Origin: Perkinsela sp. CCAP 1560/9
Taxonomy: Eukaryota; Protista; Euglenozoa: Kinetoplastea
Reading direction: 5' to 3'
Length of the DNA: 64,000 nucleotides
Assembly: GCA_965644495.1 (NCBI GenBank)
Contig: CBFFSA010000008.1
Coordinates: forward strand, 310,001-374,000
Shown piece by piece: positions 1 to 9,471 of the stretch (its first letter is position 1; the number at the start of each line of letters is the position of its first letter). The notes below the pieces were generated by a model. That model saw only the letters and a program-made list of their open reading frames with translations, made no database searches and had not been told where the DNA came from. A program made the position numbers and the translations under genes.

Positions 1-1171
1 TTTGATCTTGAGCAAATTGACGAGAACGCACGACAGATATATTGCCCAATCTGGTTACGGCTCTGGAATTCATGTCGCACGAAAATTCTCCATCTCTATA
101 AACGGTCAAGCCCTCCTTTAATGTCAACTGAAACCAATCGCGACAGGTTACTCGGTTTCCCGTCCAATTGTGAAAGTATTCATGACCTACTACCCCCTCA
201 ATGTACTCGTAGTCAAAGTCCGTGGCAGTTTTTGAGTCAGCAACTATAACCTTCGTATTGAAAATGTTCAAAGATTTATTCTCCATTGCTCCCATATTGA
301 AATCGTCCACAGCGACAACATTGAACAAGTCTAAATCGTATTCGCGACCGAAGGTTACCTCGTCCCATTTCATTGCCTTCTTTAGAGATGCCATTGCGTG
401 ATCAAGTCTATTTAAATAGCATTCATCTGAGTACATGTGAAGGGCTACATTTCTACCGGACATAGTTTCGAAACTGTCGGTCTTCCTGGATAATTTGCCA
501 GCAACGATCGCAAACAGGTAAGAGGGTTTAGGAAAAGGATCAACCCATCTTGTAAAGTGAAATCCTGGACGGCCTTGCATTTTCCCTGATTCGGAAAGAT
601 TTCCATTGCACAACAAGACCGGATATCGACTTTCTTCTGCAATCAAAAGCGCATCAAACTTAGATAATACGTCAGGTCGATCAAAGGCATAAGTAATGGC
701 ACGAAACCCCTCGGCTTCGCACTGCGTACAAAAGGTCCCTCCGCTCTTATACAAACCTTCAAGCTCTGTATTCTTTTGTGGCTGAATACAAACTTCAGTT
801 GAAAGCTTCCACACATCAATAGTTGGCTCCTTTTCTTGATGTAGTAAATTGGGGGAGAGGTGGAGATTTTGATTTATTAGTTCATAGTTTTCTCCACGCT
901 TCAGGACATAACCATTCAGCTTAAATTCATTTAATTGTAGCATTTTGTGGCCATGAAGTAGCAATCCATGTTCCTTAACGTATTGAAGAGGAGTACGTCC
1001 GTGTGCTTCAAGAAATGCGATGTCGGTGTGATCTTTCAAAACTATTTCAGTTGCACATTTTACAAGCGTAGACTCCTCGCCCAGTTCTATGTTCAAGGAT
1101 ATCTTCTGCACCTTAATGGGCAATGGTTTATATTCTTTGCGGTAAGTCAGCTTTGCGATGTCCGTACACAT
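1..1171 (-). CDS. pepN: Aminopeptidase N (M1 family, bacterial PepN type), 3' end runs off the window
   Basis: Manual translation from ATG at 1171: MCTDIAKLTYRKEYKP...GLYKSGGTFCTQCEAEGFRAITY...DPFPKPSYLFA...FNMGAMENKSLNIFN...GHEYFHNWTGNRVTCRDWFQLTLKEG (GAMEN and HEXXH motifs). Absent from the ORF track because it has no stop inside the window. Confidence 0.95.
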   Translation of the reverse strand, partial: MCTDIAKLTYRKEYKPLPIKVQKISLNIELGEESTLVKCATEIVLKDHTDIAFLEAHGRTPLQYVKEHGLLLHGHKMLQLNEFKLNGYVLKRGENYELINQNLHLSPNLLHQEKEPTIDVWKLSTEVCIQPQKNTELEGLYKSGGTFCTQCEAEGFRAITYAFDRPDVLSKFDALLIAEESRYPVLLCNGNLSESGKMQGRPGFHFTRWVDPFPKPSYLFAIVAGKLSRKTDSFETMSGRNVALHMYSDECYLNRLDHAMASLKKAMKWDEVTFGREYDLDLFNVVAVDDFNMGAMENKSLNIFNTKVIVADSKTATDFDYEYIEGVVGHEYFHNWTGNRVTCRDWFQLTLKEGLTVYRDGEFSCDMNSRAVTRLGNISVVRSRQFAQDQ

Positions 1172-1339
1172 TTTTTCAAAAGAAAAGTAAGAAATGCAGG
1201 ATGGAAAATGAATAACAAGCGTATTTTTGTGAAAGTGAATAGCAAAATTCTTCCGTGTTTAGACAAGAGCCCAAAAAGCAAAATAAAACCAATCCTCGAA
1301 TCTATAACAGTTATAGATTCCATCATAAAATGATATGTT

Positions 1340-2660
1340 AACCCCCCTAGGCCCACCGGAAGCCTACCCCCCCCCCCCCCTTGGTCCTACCCCCGAACCC
1401 CGCAGCGGTACCAGTCCTGTACCGCCGCCTGCACAATCTGGGCATTCCCTCTCTGGATGGCCACCCCGATGGCCATTAAGAGATGGGCGAGACACCCATT
1501 CTTGTCCGATGAGTGGGCCCGGGCCACCTTGTTGAGGAAGGTCAAGGTTTCTGGGCCCGGGATCCCGTACGTGGAGAAGGCCAGAGGGTGGAATTCCATG
1601 CCCCTCACCAGCGCCATCTCCTCATGAGAGCGCCTTTTGTTGGCCTGAGCCATCCTCAGCGTGTGAGATGGCTCCGCGGCCTCCTTCTCCACGTACGACG
1701 GGGCCAGTGGGTTCACAACTGTGACGTCAACCAGGACGATCTTCCGTCCCAGCTGGAAACAGATGTCTGGCCCCCGTCCATTGTCGAACCTCGGCTCGTG
1801 GAGGTCCGGGTTGAACCCATAATGGACCAAGAGGTTCCGAAACGTCTCTTTGACGTTTTCTCTTTGACTGAGTTTTCCCCTTCACCTTCTTGCAGTCCAG
1901 TGCGTGTACGCAAAACTCCTCATTGCTGAGGGTTGCACCGCACACGCACTGGAGCTCAGGCTCCGAGGTCGGGGCGACCAGGTACCGGAGGCGGGCCGCA
2001 GTCTCACACTGCGGATCCCGCATGTAGCACTCCGGCCTATTTGGCAGGGCACTCATCCACTTGGTGGAGTGCACATTCTGGATCTGTCGCATGCAGACCA
2101 GTTGGGTTGCCGTTGGGGCGTTCCCCAGGGCTGCCGCACAAAGGTTGCGTCGTAGATCCGTGGCAGAAATTCCAGGTGCTATGCCTTGAAGGGCGTTTTT
2201 CGCCTTAACCTGCATATCCTGGGCCTTGTGCTCGAAGGGGATGGTCCCCAGGAAATCTGCCGTAAAAAGGTTATTAGTAAACGGCGTTTTCCCCAGGGAA
2301 CCCATCCCCCCGAGCAGGGCCTCGGCACATGCCATGACGGCCTTATCAACCTGGTCGTTGGCCCTTTTGGTTACCGGAGGCTCATGCGTCCTCACAATGA
2401 AGTCCCATCTGGGGCTTCCGCAGAGCCTCAGGAGGGGCATGGCGCATTGCCTGCTGATCTCCTTCAATTTCTCGAGGAAGGAGATCACCTTGGGGCTCCT
2501 GGAAAGAACTCAATCCTCCTCCTTGTCCTCGGACTCCCCGATGTACGCCCCCAGGAGTTTTAACCCCCCTGGGGAATGTATCATCCGAGTCCCAGAGAAC
2601 TCCGTGAAGACTTTTTCGTGCCTTGTGGCAACTTTACACTTGGCGGCGTTCAGCCGTAGC
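1340..2660 (-). mobile_element. 5'-truncated, frameshifted non-LTR retrotransposon (CRE/SLACS/CZAR-like, RLE endonuclease)
   Basis: Three overlapping minus-strand frames. RT C-terminus (LNAAKC...GLKLLGAYIG, ~2510-2660); thumb plus zinc knuckle (CVC...HALDC, 1727-2488); restriction-like endonuclease (PDICF..VDVTVVNP..AQANKRRSH..FHPLAFSTYG, 1387-1830). GC-rich relative to flanks. Confidence 0.85.
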
Positions 2661-2935
2661 AAAACATGTAAAATGACATTGCTAAAAAACATATTTTATC
2701 TCTGTCCTCGTATAAAAAGGGAACCGAAATCAGGGTCCACGCAAGACATACTTTATTACCCAGCACCACGTCTCCCTTACAGTAAATACTAAGCTTAGAT
2801 GCAACTTTACGCAACAAAATCAGTTTGACGTGCAATGTTGATATCATAAGATTTGATCAATGGATTGACAGATAAGGGTTTTTCATCAGAGAGTTATTTC
2901 GCCTGGAGGATATACTCTACTAGGCTTCGTCGAAA

Positions 2936-2989
2936 AGGACAAATAAGTGGGGGGTGGAGCTGTGACAAATAAGTGGGGGGGGCACAGTA
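2936..2989. mobile_element. Solo right terminus of a pogo-like element
   Basis: GACAAATAAGTGGGGGG twice, ending GGGGGCACAG|TA, resembling the right TIR of the 3767-6655 element (GGGGGGGTCACAG|TA). No partner end found. Confidence 0.5.
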
Positions 2990-3134
2990 CATCAATCTAT
3001 CTCATTGCAGATGATGAATCAGCATCCTCGTTAACATGTACACTTCCGTCCAAGAATACATGTATTTTACATGTTGTACATGTTGTACATTTTATTGAAA
3101 AATGTCCATCCAAAAAATGGCACCGTTCTGCGGC

Positions 3135-3182
3135 TCATGATTGGGAAGTACACTTCCTCATGATTGGGAAGTAAACTTCCTC
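3135..3182. repeat. 23-bp tandem duplication
   Basis: CATGATTGGGAAGTA(C/A)ACTTCCT occurs twice. Confidence 0.8.
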
Positions 3183-4021
3183 GCTTGGCTGAGCATACCC
3201 CTTCCCGAAAACTGGCGCGATGCCTAGCAGATGAAGTCGCGGTATAAAATTGAAAGTATGAAAGAGGACTTCACGTAAGACAGGGCAGTGCCCAATGAAC
3301 TTCATTGAATGAAGCGAAAACGTGTGCAGAATTAAAGAAATCGATGGCTAGAAGAAAATTACGGACTTCTTTATCTTTTTTTATCTCCCCTCCCTCAAAT
3401 CGCGAACAAGTACAATTACATAATTCCCGTGATTGACAACAAGACTCGTACAGCACCGTCCCAACAGACAGTTTTCATGCAGTTTTTCGTATATAACGGC
3501 GTACAAACAAGATCTCGTAGGCATCTAAAGGTGAACCACGAAACGGAGGGCTAATCGACGATGGCTTTTGCGTTTGAACGAAAATTCTTTTGCAAATTCA
3601 TCAGAGGCTATGTACTGTTTCAGAAAAAAAATCTTTTTTCGGCGGGTTTTCACTGCTTATGGTGCGCTTTTTGCTTCATTTACTACGAACTTTCGGCTCC
3701 TCACTTATTTACGGAGCAAGTTGCAGCGGCCATGCGCACACGCTTGGCATAAATGATTTTGATTTACTGTGACCCCCCCTTTAATATGGACAGGGGGTAT
3801 TCCCCCCCCTTTATTGGACAAATCCGACCTTTATGGACCAAATCCTATATGGACCCTTTATGGACAAATCCGACCGGGCGCCGCGCAGCCGCGCCAATTT
3901 TTTTGGCGTACCCTTTTTTTTGTCTCTTTTTTTCTGTTTTTTAGGGTATCTGTAGCTAGGTAATTTTGTCAGCTTTCACATAGTTCGTCATGTTCATATA
4001 ATTCAGTCATTTTTCAACCTA

Positions 4022-5281
4022 ATGAATTCCGTGGAAGGACCCTTAACCTCTTGGATTAAGGCAACACCCCCAAAGCCACAGGTAGGTAATCGAACAATGT
4101 TGATTACAAATGAGCGCAATGTCCACGCTTCTTTAGATATCCACGTAAAGGAGAAAAGGGGACGAACTGAGCTTAATATATACGAGAAGCGCGAAATCTG
4201 CCGATCGACTCTCTCGGTAAAAAGAATCCGAGAAAAATACGGAATTTCGCGAAGCGGAGTATATGAAATCCGTAGTCACGGTATGAGCTACTTTCAAAAA
4301 CTCATTGATCGTTCCATGGGGAACAACCACAGGAATCGTGCTTTTAACGTTCGAGGAGGCGACTACAATGATCCCGAAGCAGCCTGCTACAACAAGTCTG
4401 AGGCAATGGAACGGGTACACCGCTCCTGCGTCCAAGCTTCCTCGTTATGGTGTCCCCTCATCAGAAATATCGTCATCGACATGATACGACAAAATACGGG
4501 ATTGACTTCAATTAGTGCTTTGGAAGACACTTATGCGAAGTTCAGACGGTACTATGGTTGGGTGTGGTGGCGGTGGGGCAGAATACAGTGCTTAGCCCCC
4601 GCTGATGTGAACCTCAGAATTTCTCGTTGGGCTGAAAAGCTCTACGTTCAAAACACAGTCCGTTGCTACCGTTTCGCGCTTTTCGGGGATGAACCCGCCA
4701 TGTTTGTCAATGGAGAGGTGCAAGGGCACACACTTGCTCCGGTAGGGTGCCCGCAACCTAAGGTAGTGGATACAAACCCAAAGGAAACAGTAACCGCATT
4801 TCTTGCGGGCGTCTATGATTTAGGGGCCGACGAAGTTTACCCACTCCACCCGACTGTAATTTTTGAGCACGGAGCGAAGCGCAGAGAAAGCTCAACAATT
4901 TATTCGGAAATGACAAGTTACGCGAATAAATTGAAAGGGATATTTATTGATGTGAGCTCTTCTGGATGGGTGCGAGATGATATATATCCCCGCATGATGC
5001 ACTGTGACCCGCACACAATTCCGGTCGGGTGCACGAAAGCGATCCAAATTCACGACCGTGTATTCAATCGCCTATTTAAGAGGGCGTACAATGAGTTGCT
5101 CAGTACATGGCGAATACAGAACTCTTCGTGTAAGGTAACTCGTTATTTGGTGCTGGAGTGGATAAAAGAGGCCCATTCGAGAGTGTGGGTAAAGCATCAC
5201 AACACTATTCTTAACGCCGCCCGCAGGTACATCAAGCAATCAGCTAGAGTATCCAAAGAGCGAGAAGGATCCCGAAAGTGA
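4022..5281 (+). pseudogene. pogo-like (CENP-B HTH + DDE_1) transposase, internally deleted
   Basis: N-terminal HTH (EKREIC..IREKYGISRSGVYEI), FGDE, KETVTAF, SSGWV, IPVGCTKAIQIHDRVFNRLFK. The segment that should carry the second catalytic Asp appears to be missing. Confidence 0.8.
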
Positions 5282-6095
5282 ACCAACCAGAAAAGCGAAA
5301 GCTGAGATAAAAGTCCGTGAGGAAATTTCAACACAAATAGAGTCTTCACGAAATGAGCCGATTATTGTGCCGGAAACAGAGGAGACTCCTCCCACCCTGG
5401 TTGATACGTGGAAAAATTTTCGACGTCCCAAAAGCTATCTTACCACGCACGCGGTGGATCAGCTCTGCCAAAACGTAATGGAGGTATATCGGGAATAGCC
5501 TAATGTAGACAGGCATCCCATGTTCCTAAATACCGGACAGACGCAGCTGATGTTAGGCCTGGGCCGCAAGCCAAAACAGCATATTACATCGGTTCGTCGA
5601 ATAGCCGCGGCTTTAATTTTTAATGGGCATTTTATCCTTGTCAATTTCCAGAGGTTTGGGCTAACTGTTTTCGACAGTTACGAAACATATTGTCCCTCTG
5701 CTCGATCTGATTTTCTGAACAGCATCATGATTCACATGCGTCCACTGATAGGTTTCTCTGCGGAGATGAAGATTAAATACGCCGCAGTGCCGCAACAGCA
5801 ACCAATGACGAATGAATGCGCGCTCCATTTGGTAAACAATCTGTGTAACTCGCTTTTTTTGGTTCCCGTGGAGAACAAGCTCACACGCAAAAACATCTCA
5901 AAAACATGGCGACCATGCGTTCCCGGTACTCTGTCTCATCGTCCTGCCCTCACTGAAGAGCTTCACGATGAGGAAATAATTGACACTCAAGATTGTTTAG
6001 GGCAACTAATACTTCATCCAGACAATGACCGCGGGGACATGGACACAGAGGGGTGGGATCAGTCAGTAGCGTATGATGATACTTTTGAATTGTAA
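5243..6095 (+). pseudogene. Ulp1/SENP (C48) SUMO-protease domain, probable C-terminal part of the transposase ORF
   Basis: The 5520 ORF has NGHFIL (His), VFDS (Asp) and PQQQPMTNEC (Gln/Cys). The same frame extends upstream to ~5243 through a single TAG at 5496-5498 (YLTTHAVDQL motif). Confidence 0.75.
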
Positions 6096-6657
6096 AAGGG
6101 CTGTTATTTTATTTTGTTATGATAAGTTTACGTGGGGGTTTTTCCGTGAGCTCTTAACGTTGGTCTTGTTTTTTCCCGTTGTGAACGTAAGTTCTTTCTT
6201 TCCACCTTTAGTTCATTTGTGTGAAACTTTGTATGAGTAGGAAGTTTGGGCTCGATTTTTACGTTAGAACATCTACAATTTAACTGAATGGAACCTTTAT
6301 AGCTACACGGAATATAGAGCTGAATGTGAGCATGCATGATTTTTTGCTTGTTGTTAATTTTTTATTCCTAATTATAGTGTACATCAATAATGTATATCCT
6401 CCATGTATCCTTCACCCTAATGAAGAAGTGCCCCTTCACTCCTCATTGATGCCCTCCTCCCCCGCCCTCTTGCTCTGCTCTCCTCGCCCTCTCTCCTGGA
6501 CATGGATTTTACAATTTTGATTTTTTGTCGCATTATAAGTAAAAAAGGGGCCGCGAAGCGGCGCCGAATTTTTTTTCACACGCCTTTCATCGCCCCCCCC
6601 CCCTTTATTATGGACAAAAGCCGAAAAAGTGTCCATATTAAAGGGGGGGTCACAGTA

Positions 6658-6960
6658 CTATCCCTTAATAGGGCTACGTGTCACCCCCCCTTTAATAGGG
6701 CCATTTTGTCTGGAAGACCAAAAAAGATTTCAGGGAAAATGCCAAAAAATTGTCGAATGCGCCGCGAAGCGGCGATTTTCTTTTCCGCATCTACCCCAAC
6801 AACCAAAAGTGTATCAAAAGGGAGTAGGACCTTGTTTCACAACGATAAAAAAGGCGCCGCGAAGCTGCGCCGATTTTTTTCTTTCATATTATTTTCCATG
6901 TCTCCCCCTTTATTAAGGCCTTTTGCCCAAAATCGGAGTCCTATTAAATAGGGGGGATAG
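6658..6960. mobile_element. MITE (~303 bp) related to the adjacent pogo-like element
   Basis: TA|CTATCCCTTAATAGG ... CCTATTAAATAGGGGGGATAG|TA (left TIR carries a short deletion). Internal GCCGCGAAGC(G/T)GCG motifs are shared with the subterminal regions at ~3880 and ~6550. Confidence 0.75.
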
Positions 6961-7567
6961 TAACTAACTTAACAGCGCAACACACTCGCTGGCTCAAGTA
7001 CAGAAGACTATCCACAACAGCATACGTTGAAAGCTCTGCGTGATCCAGGTTAGTGTCAATCTGTATTAGAAGAATTATTAAACAAATGTTATCTCCCAGT
7101 CTACTCCCGGCGCAGATTACCGAACTCCGCTGGGCCACCACCCTTGTACCGCGGCCTGTATCATCTACGCAGTCCCTTTGAATAGTCACCCCACGGCTAT
7201 CACTAAGAGGGTTGAAACATCCCCAGCCGCACCCGGTCGCACACAGTGTATCTTCAACAGCAAAGACTTACGGCAAGTGAAATTTAGGAGATCCAGAAGG
7301 AACGCTTTCGGGGTACTACTCCCCGAGATGATAACTTTTTCAGTTAATTTGTACGGGTGCTTCACCATGCGCGTATTTTTGCAGAATACAACCCAAAAGA
7401 AAGTGAGACCCGTGTAGACTAAAAACCTTTCACAACATGAACTTTGTGTCCTTACATTGACATAAAACTAACCCACAGTCCGGTTTATCCCAAGTGAGGT
7501 AAAAAAGAACCTATAAAGGGAGAGAGGGGTCGAGGCTATTGTGTAAACGGGGGAGTACAGTAATCAT

Positions 7568-7606
7568 CAAAAAAATTGATAAAGATACAGTTTCTGTACC
7601 TTGTTG
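7568..7606 (+). other. Spliced-leader (mini-exon) relic
   Basis: AAAGATACAGTTTCTGTACCTTGTTG matches the conserved kinetoplastid SL 3' portion (GATACAGTTTCTGTAC..TTG). It is not followed by the GT donor of an SL RNA gene. Confidence 0.7.
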
Positions 7607-7989
7607 ATTTATTTCCTTAATCTCTCTCACGTTCCAAGATTCTAACTCGCTCTAAAGCCAAACAGGAATCAAACTTTGATCGCAAAGCGGGCGCGCACAA
7701 GCTCGGTTCGCGGGACCAATTTCAGGCAAAGACCTAGTTAAAGGCACTGGCACGTACGAGGAAGAGCTGTACACGACATCACTTCCGCCGGATTCTTCTT
7801 CAGAATTAGCACAGCGGGCCAAAGACATTGACCTCAGCATTACCAACTCTATCAAAGGTGTGACACCAGACACAGGGCGTCAGCAAACGAGCTCGGAAGA
7901 AGAATTATTTTCCAGTGTCCGTCCAACCGAGAATTCCGATTTCCAGTTTGAAGGGGCCGCCACTTCTTCACACAGCCAATCGAAATCTA
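7607..7989 (+). pseudogene. Putative processed retrocopy of a trans-spliced mRNA (unknown protein)
   Basis: Follows the SL relic; ~100-codon ATG-less open frame (SQSGRAQARFAGPISGKDLVKGTGTYEEELY...SQSKSR) cut by the MITE at 7990. Confidence 0.45.
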
Positions 7990-8371
7990 GGTCAGATTGA
8001 ACGAAGTTTGCACACTTTGCAAAAATTTTATAAAAGTGACTAAATATCAACGAATTCCAAAGAAAATCAAAATGATGCAGACAAGACAATTTCCGCACAA
8101 AACAATGCCACGTCCAACAAAACTCTTACCAGCGGGCTTAACCTCACTTAACCTCACTAAACGGAAGATGTGTGACATTTCAAGACACCCACAACAAAAC
8201 CCACTATCAAAGTGATTGACCATGATTTCACCAGTACCTGAGAGTGTAAAAAGGTCAAAGATACAAGCAAAGATTCTAAACTACATTTTTTGCAAGCAAC
8301 AGAAAAATAATAATAATAGAGATCGTTTCTAATTTTTTTGAAAAAGTGTGCAAACTTCGTTCAATTCCACC
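7990..8371. mobile_element. Merlin-like MITE (382 bp), 8-bp TSD
   Basis: TIRs GGTCAGATTGAACGAAGTTTGCACACTTT / AAAGTGTGCAAACTTCGTTCAATTCCACC; GAAATCTA duplicated at 7982-7989 and 8372-8379; GG termini. Confidence 0.85.
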
Positions 8372-8817
8372 GAAATCTATATATATTTATAAATCTATAA
8401 ACAAAAAATCTATATTTATAAATCTATAAACAAGGCTGTGAAGGAGAAATGCGAACGCCACATCTGGGGGTTAACTCGTACCAAATACAACTATGATGAC
8501 GAGAGGGTGTAAATCCATATTTCCCACCTCGGCCTTGAGGATGTGTGTTGAAAGGTGCACAGTACGCGTACGAACAAATTCCGCACGATTCGTGCATGTT
8601 GCGTACGGATATTGAGCGAGCGATTGTATCAAAGCTTCGGCCCAAAAAGTTTTCCAAAGAGAAAAATATTCCCGTATTAGAAATTTATCTAGACGTCGAC
8701 ACGTCTCGTTCGATCAGAGGACGGCTTGTCGTGTGCCTTGTTAATCTTTGCCTGGAAAAAAAGATTACACACTTATGATAAAAGACGCCCTCGTCATCAA
8801 ATAAAGAACGTTTTTTT

Positions 8818-8977
8818 TGCCTGGATGGTGTGTCTGAACGGTGTGCCTGGAGAAGTCTTGGATTGCGTATACATTGTAATATTCATTTGCTGTGCCAAAT
8901 CCATTTGGTGTGCCTGGATGGTGTGTCTGAACGGTGTGCCTGGAGAAGTCTTGGATTGCATATACATTGTAATATTC
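8818..8977. repeat. Direct repeat, ~67-bp unit, 93-bp period, 2 copies
   Basis: TGCCTGGATGGTGTGTCTGAACGGTGTGCCTGGAGAAGTCTTGGATTGC(G/A)TATACATTGTAATATTC at 8818 and 8911. Confidence 0.9.
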
Positions 8978-9471
8978 TATTCTTTGTGTTGCTGCGTCAA
9001 CGATTGGAGAAAAAGGGTATATTCTTAGGTTAGTAAGACCTCGCCGCGAAAGGCATATTTTCAGTGCGTAAGTGCAACTATGTTATTGAAAAGCTACCTA
9101 AAATTCGTATGGGGTGATAAAGATGCACGAATAAATATGCGTATGCAAAACAAAATCAACGTGAAACAGATTTGATGCACCCCTGTACAGATACATAAAA
9201 AATGGCCGGCATACGTACAATGTTTGTCAAACGACCATAATAAATTCCATGAGAGAATTTCTCAGAGAAATACAGAAATATTACGCAAAAGGAATTCGTA
9301 CCCTTTTCAAATAGAATAGCCCAAACCTCTGCGGACTTCCTTGACACGCAAGACGCTAAATTATCCAATAAAGGAATAAGTATCAGAAAGGAACAAAAAT
9401 TCTGGCAAACCGACGGCTAAGAAAAGAAAAGTACATACATTAAATGCAAAATATACTTGTAGGTACGATGC

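Larger units (their letters stand above)
3767..6655 (+). mobile_element. pogo/Tigger-like DNA transposon (2889 bp), 26-bp perfect TIRs, TA target-site duplication
   Basis: TA|CTGTGACCCCCCCTTTAATATGGACA at 3767 and its reverse complement ending 6655|TA; encloses transposase and Ulp1 coding regions. Confidence 0.92.

Noticed and set aside
3250-3760. Stop-interrupted + strand frames as a second protease pseudogene
   Set aside because: No convincing motif order
5496-5498. TAG as a reassigned or read-through codon
   Set aside because: Host genes here terminate normally with TAG, TAA and TGA; nonsense decay of a dead element is simpler
6962-7420. AACTAAC as an SL 5' end split by an insertion, and short ORFs here
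   Set aside because: The 7-nt match is not significant and no domain was recognised
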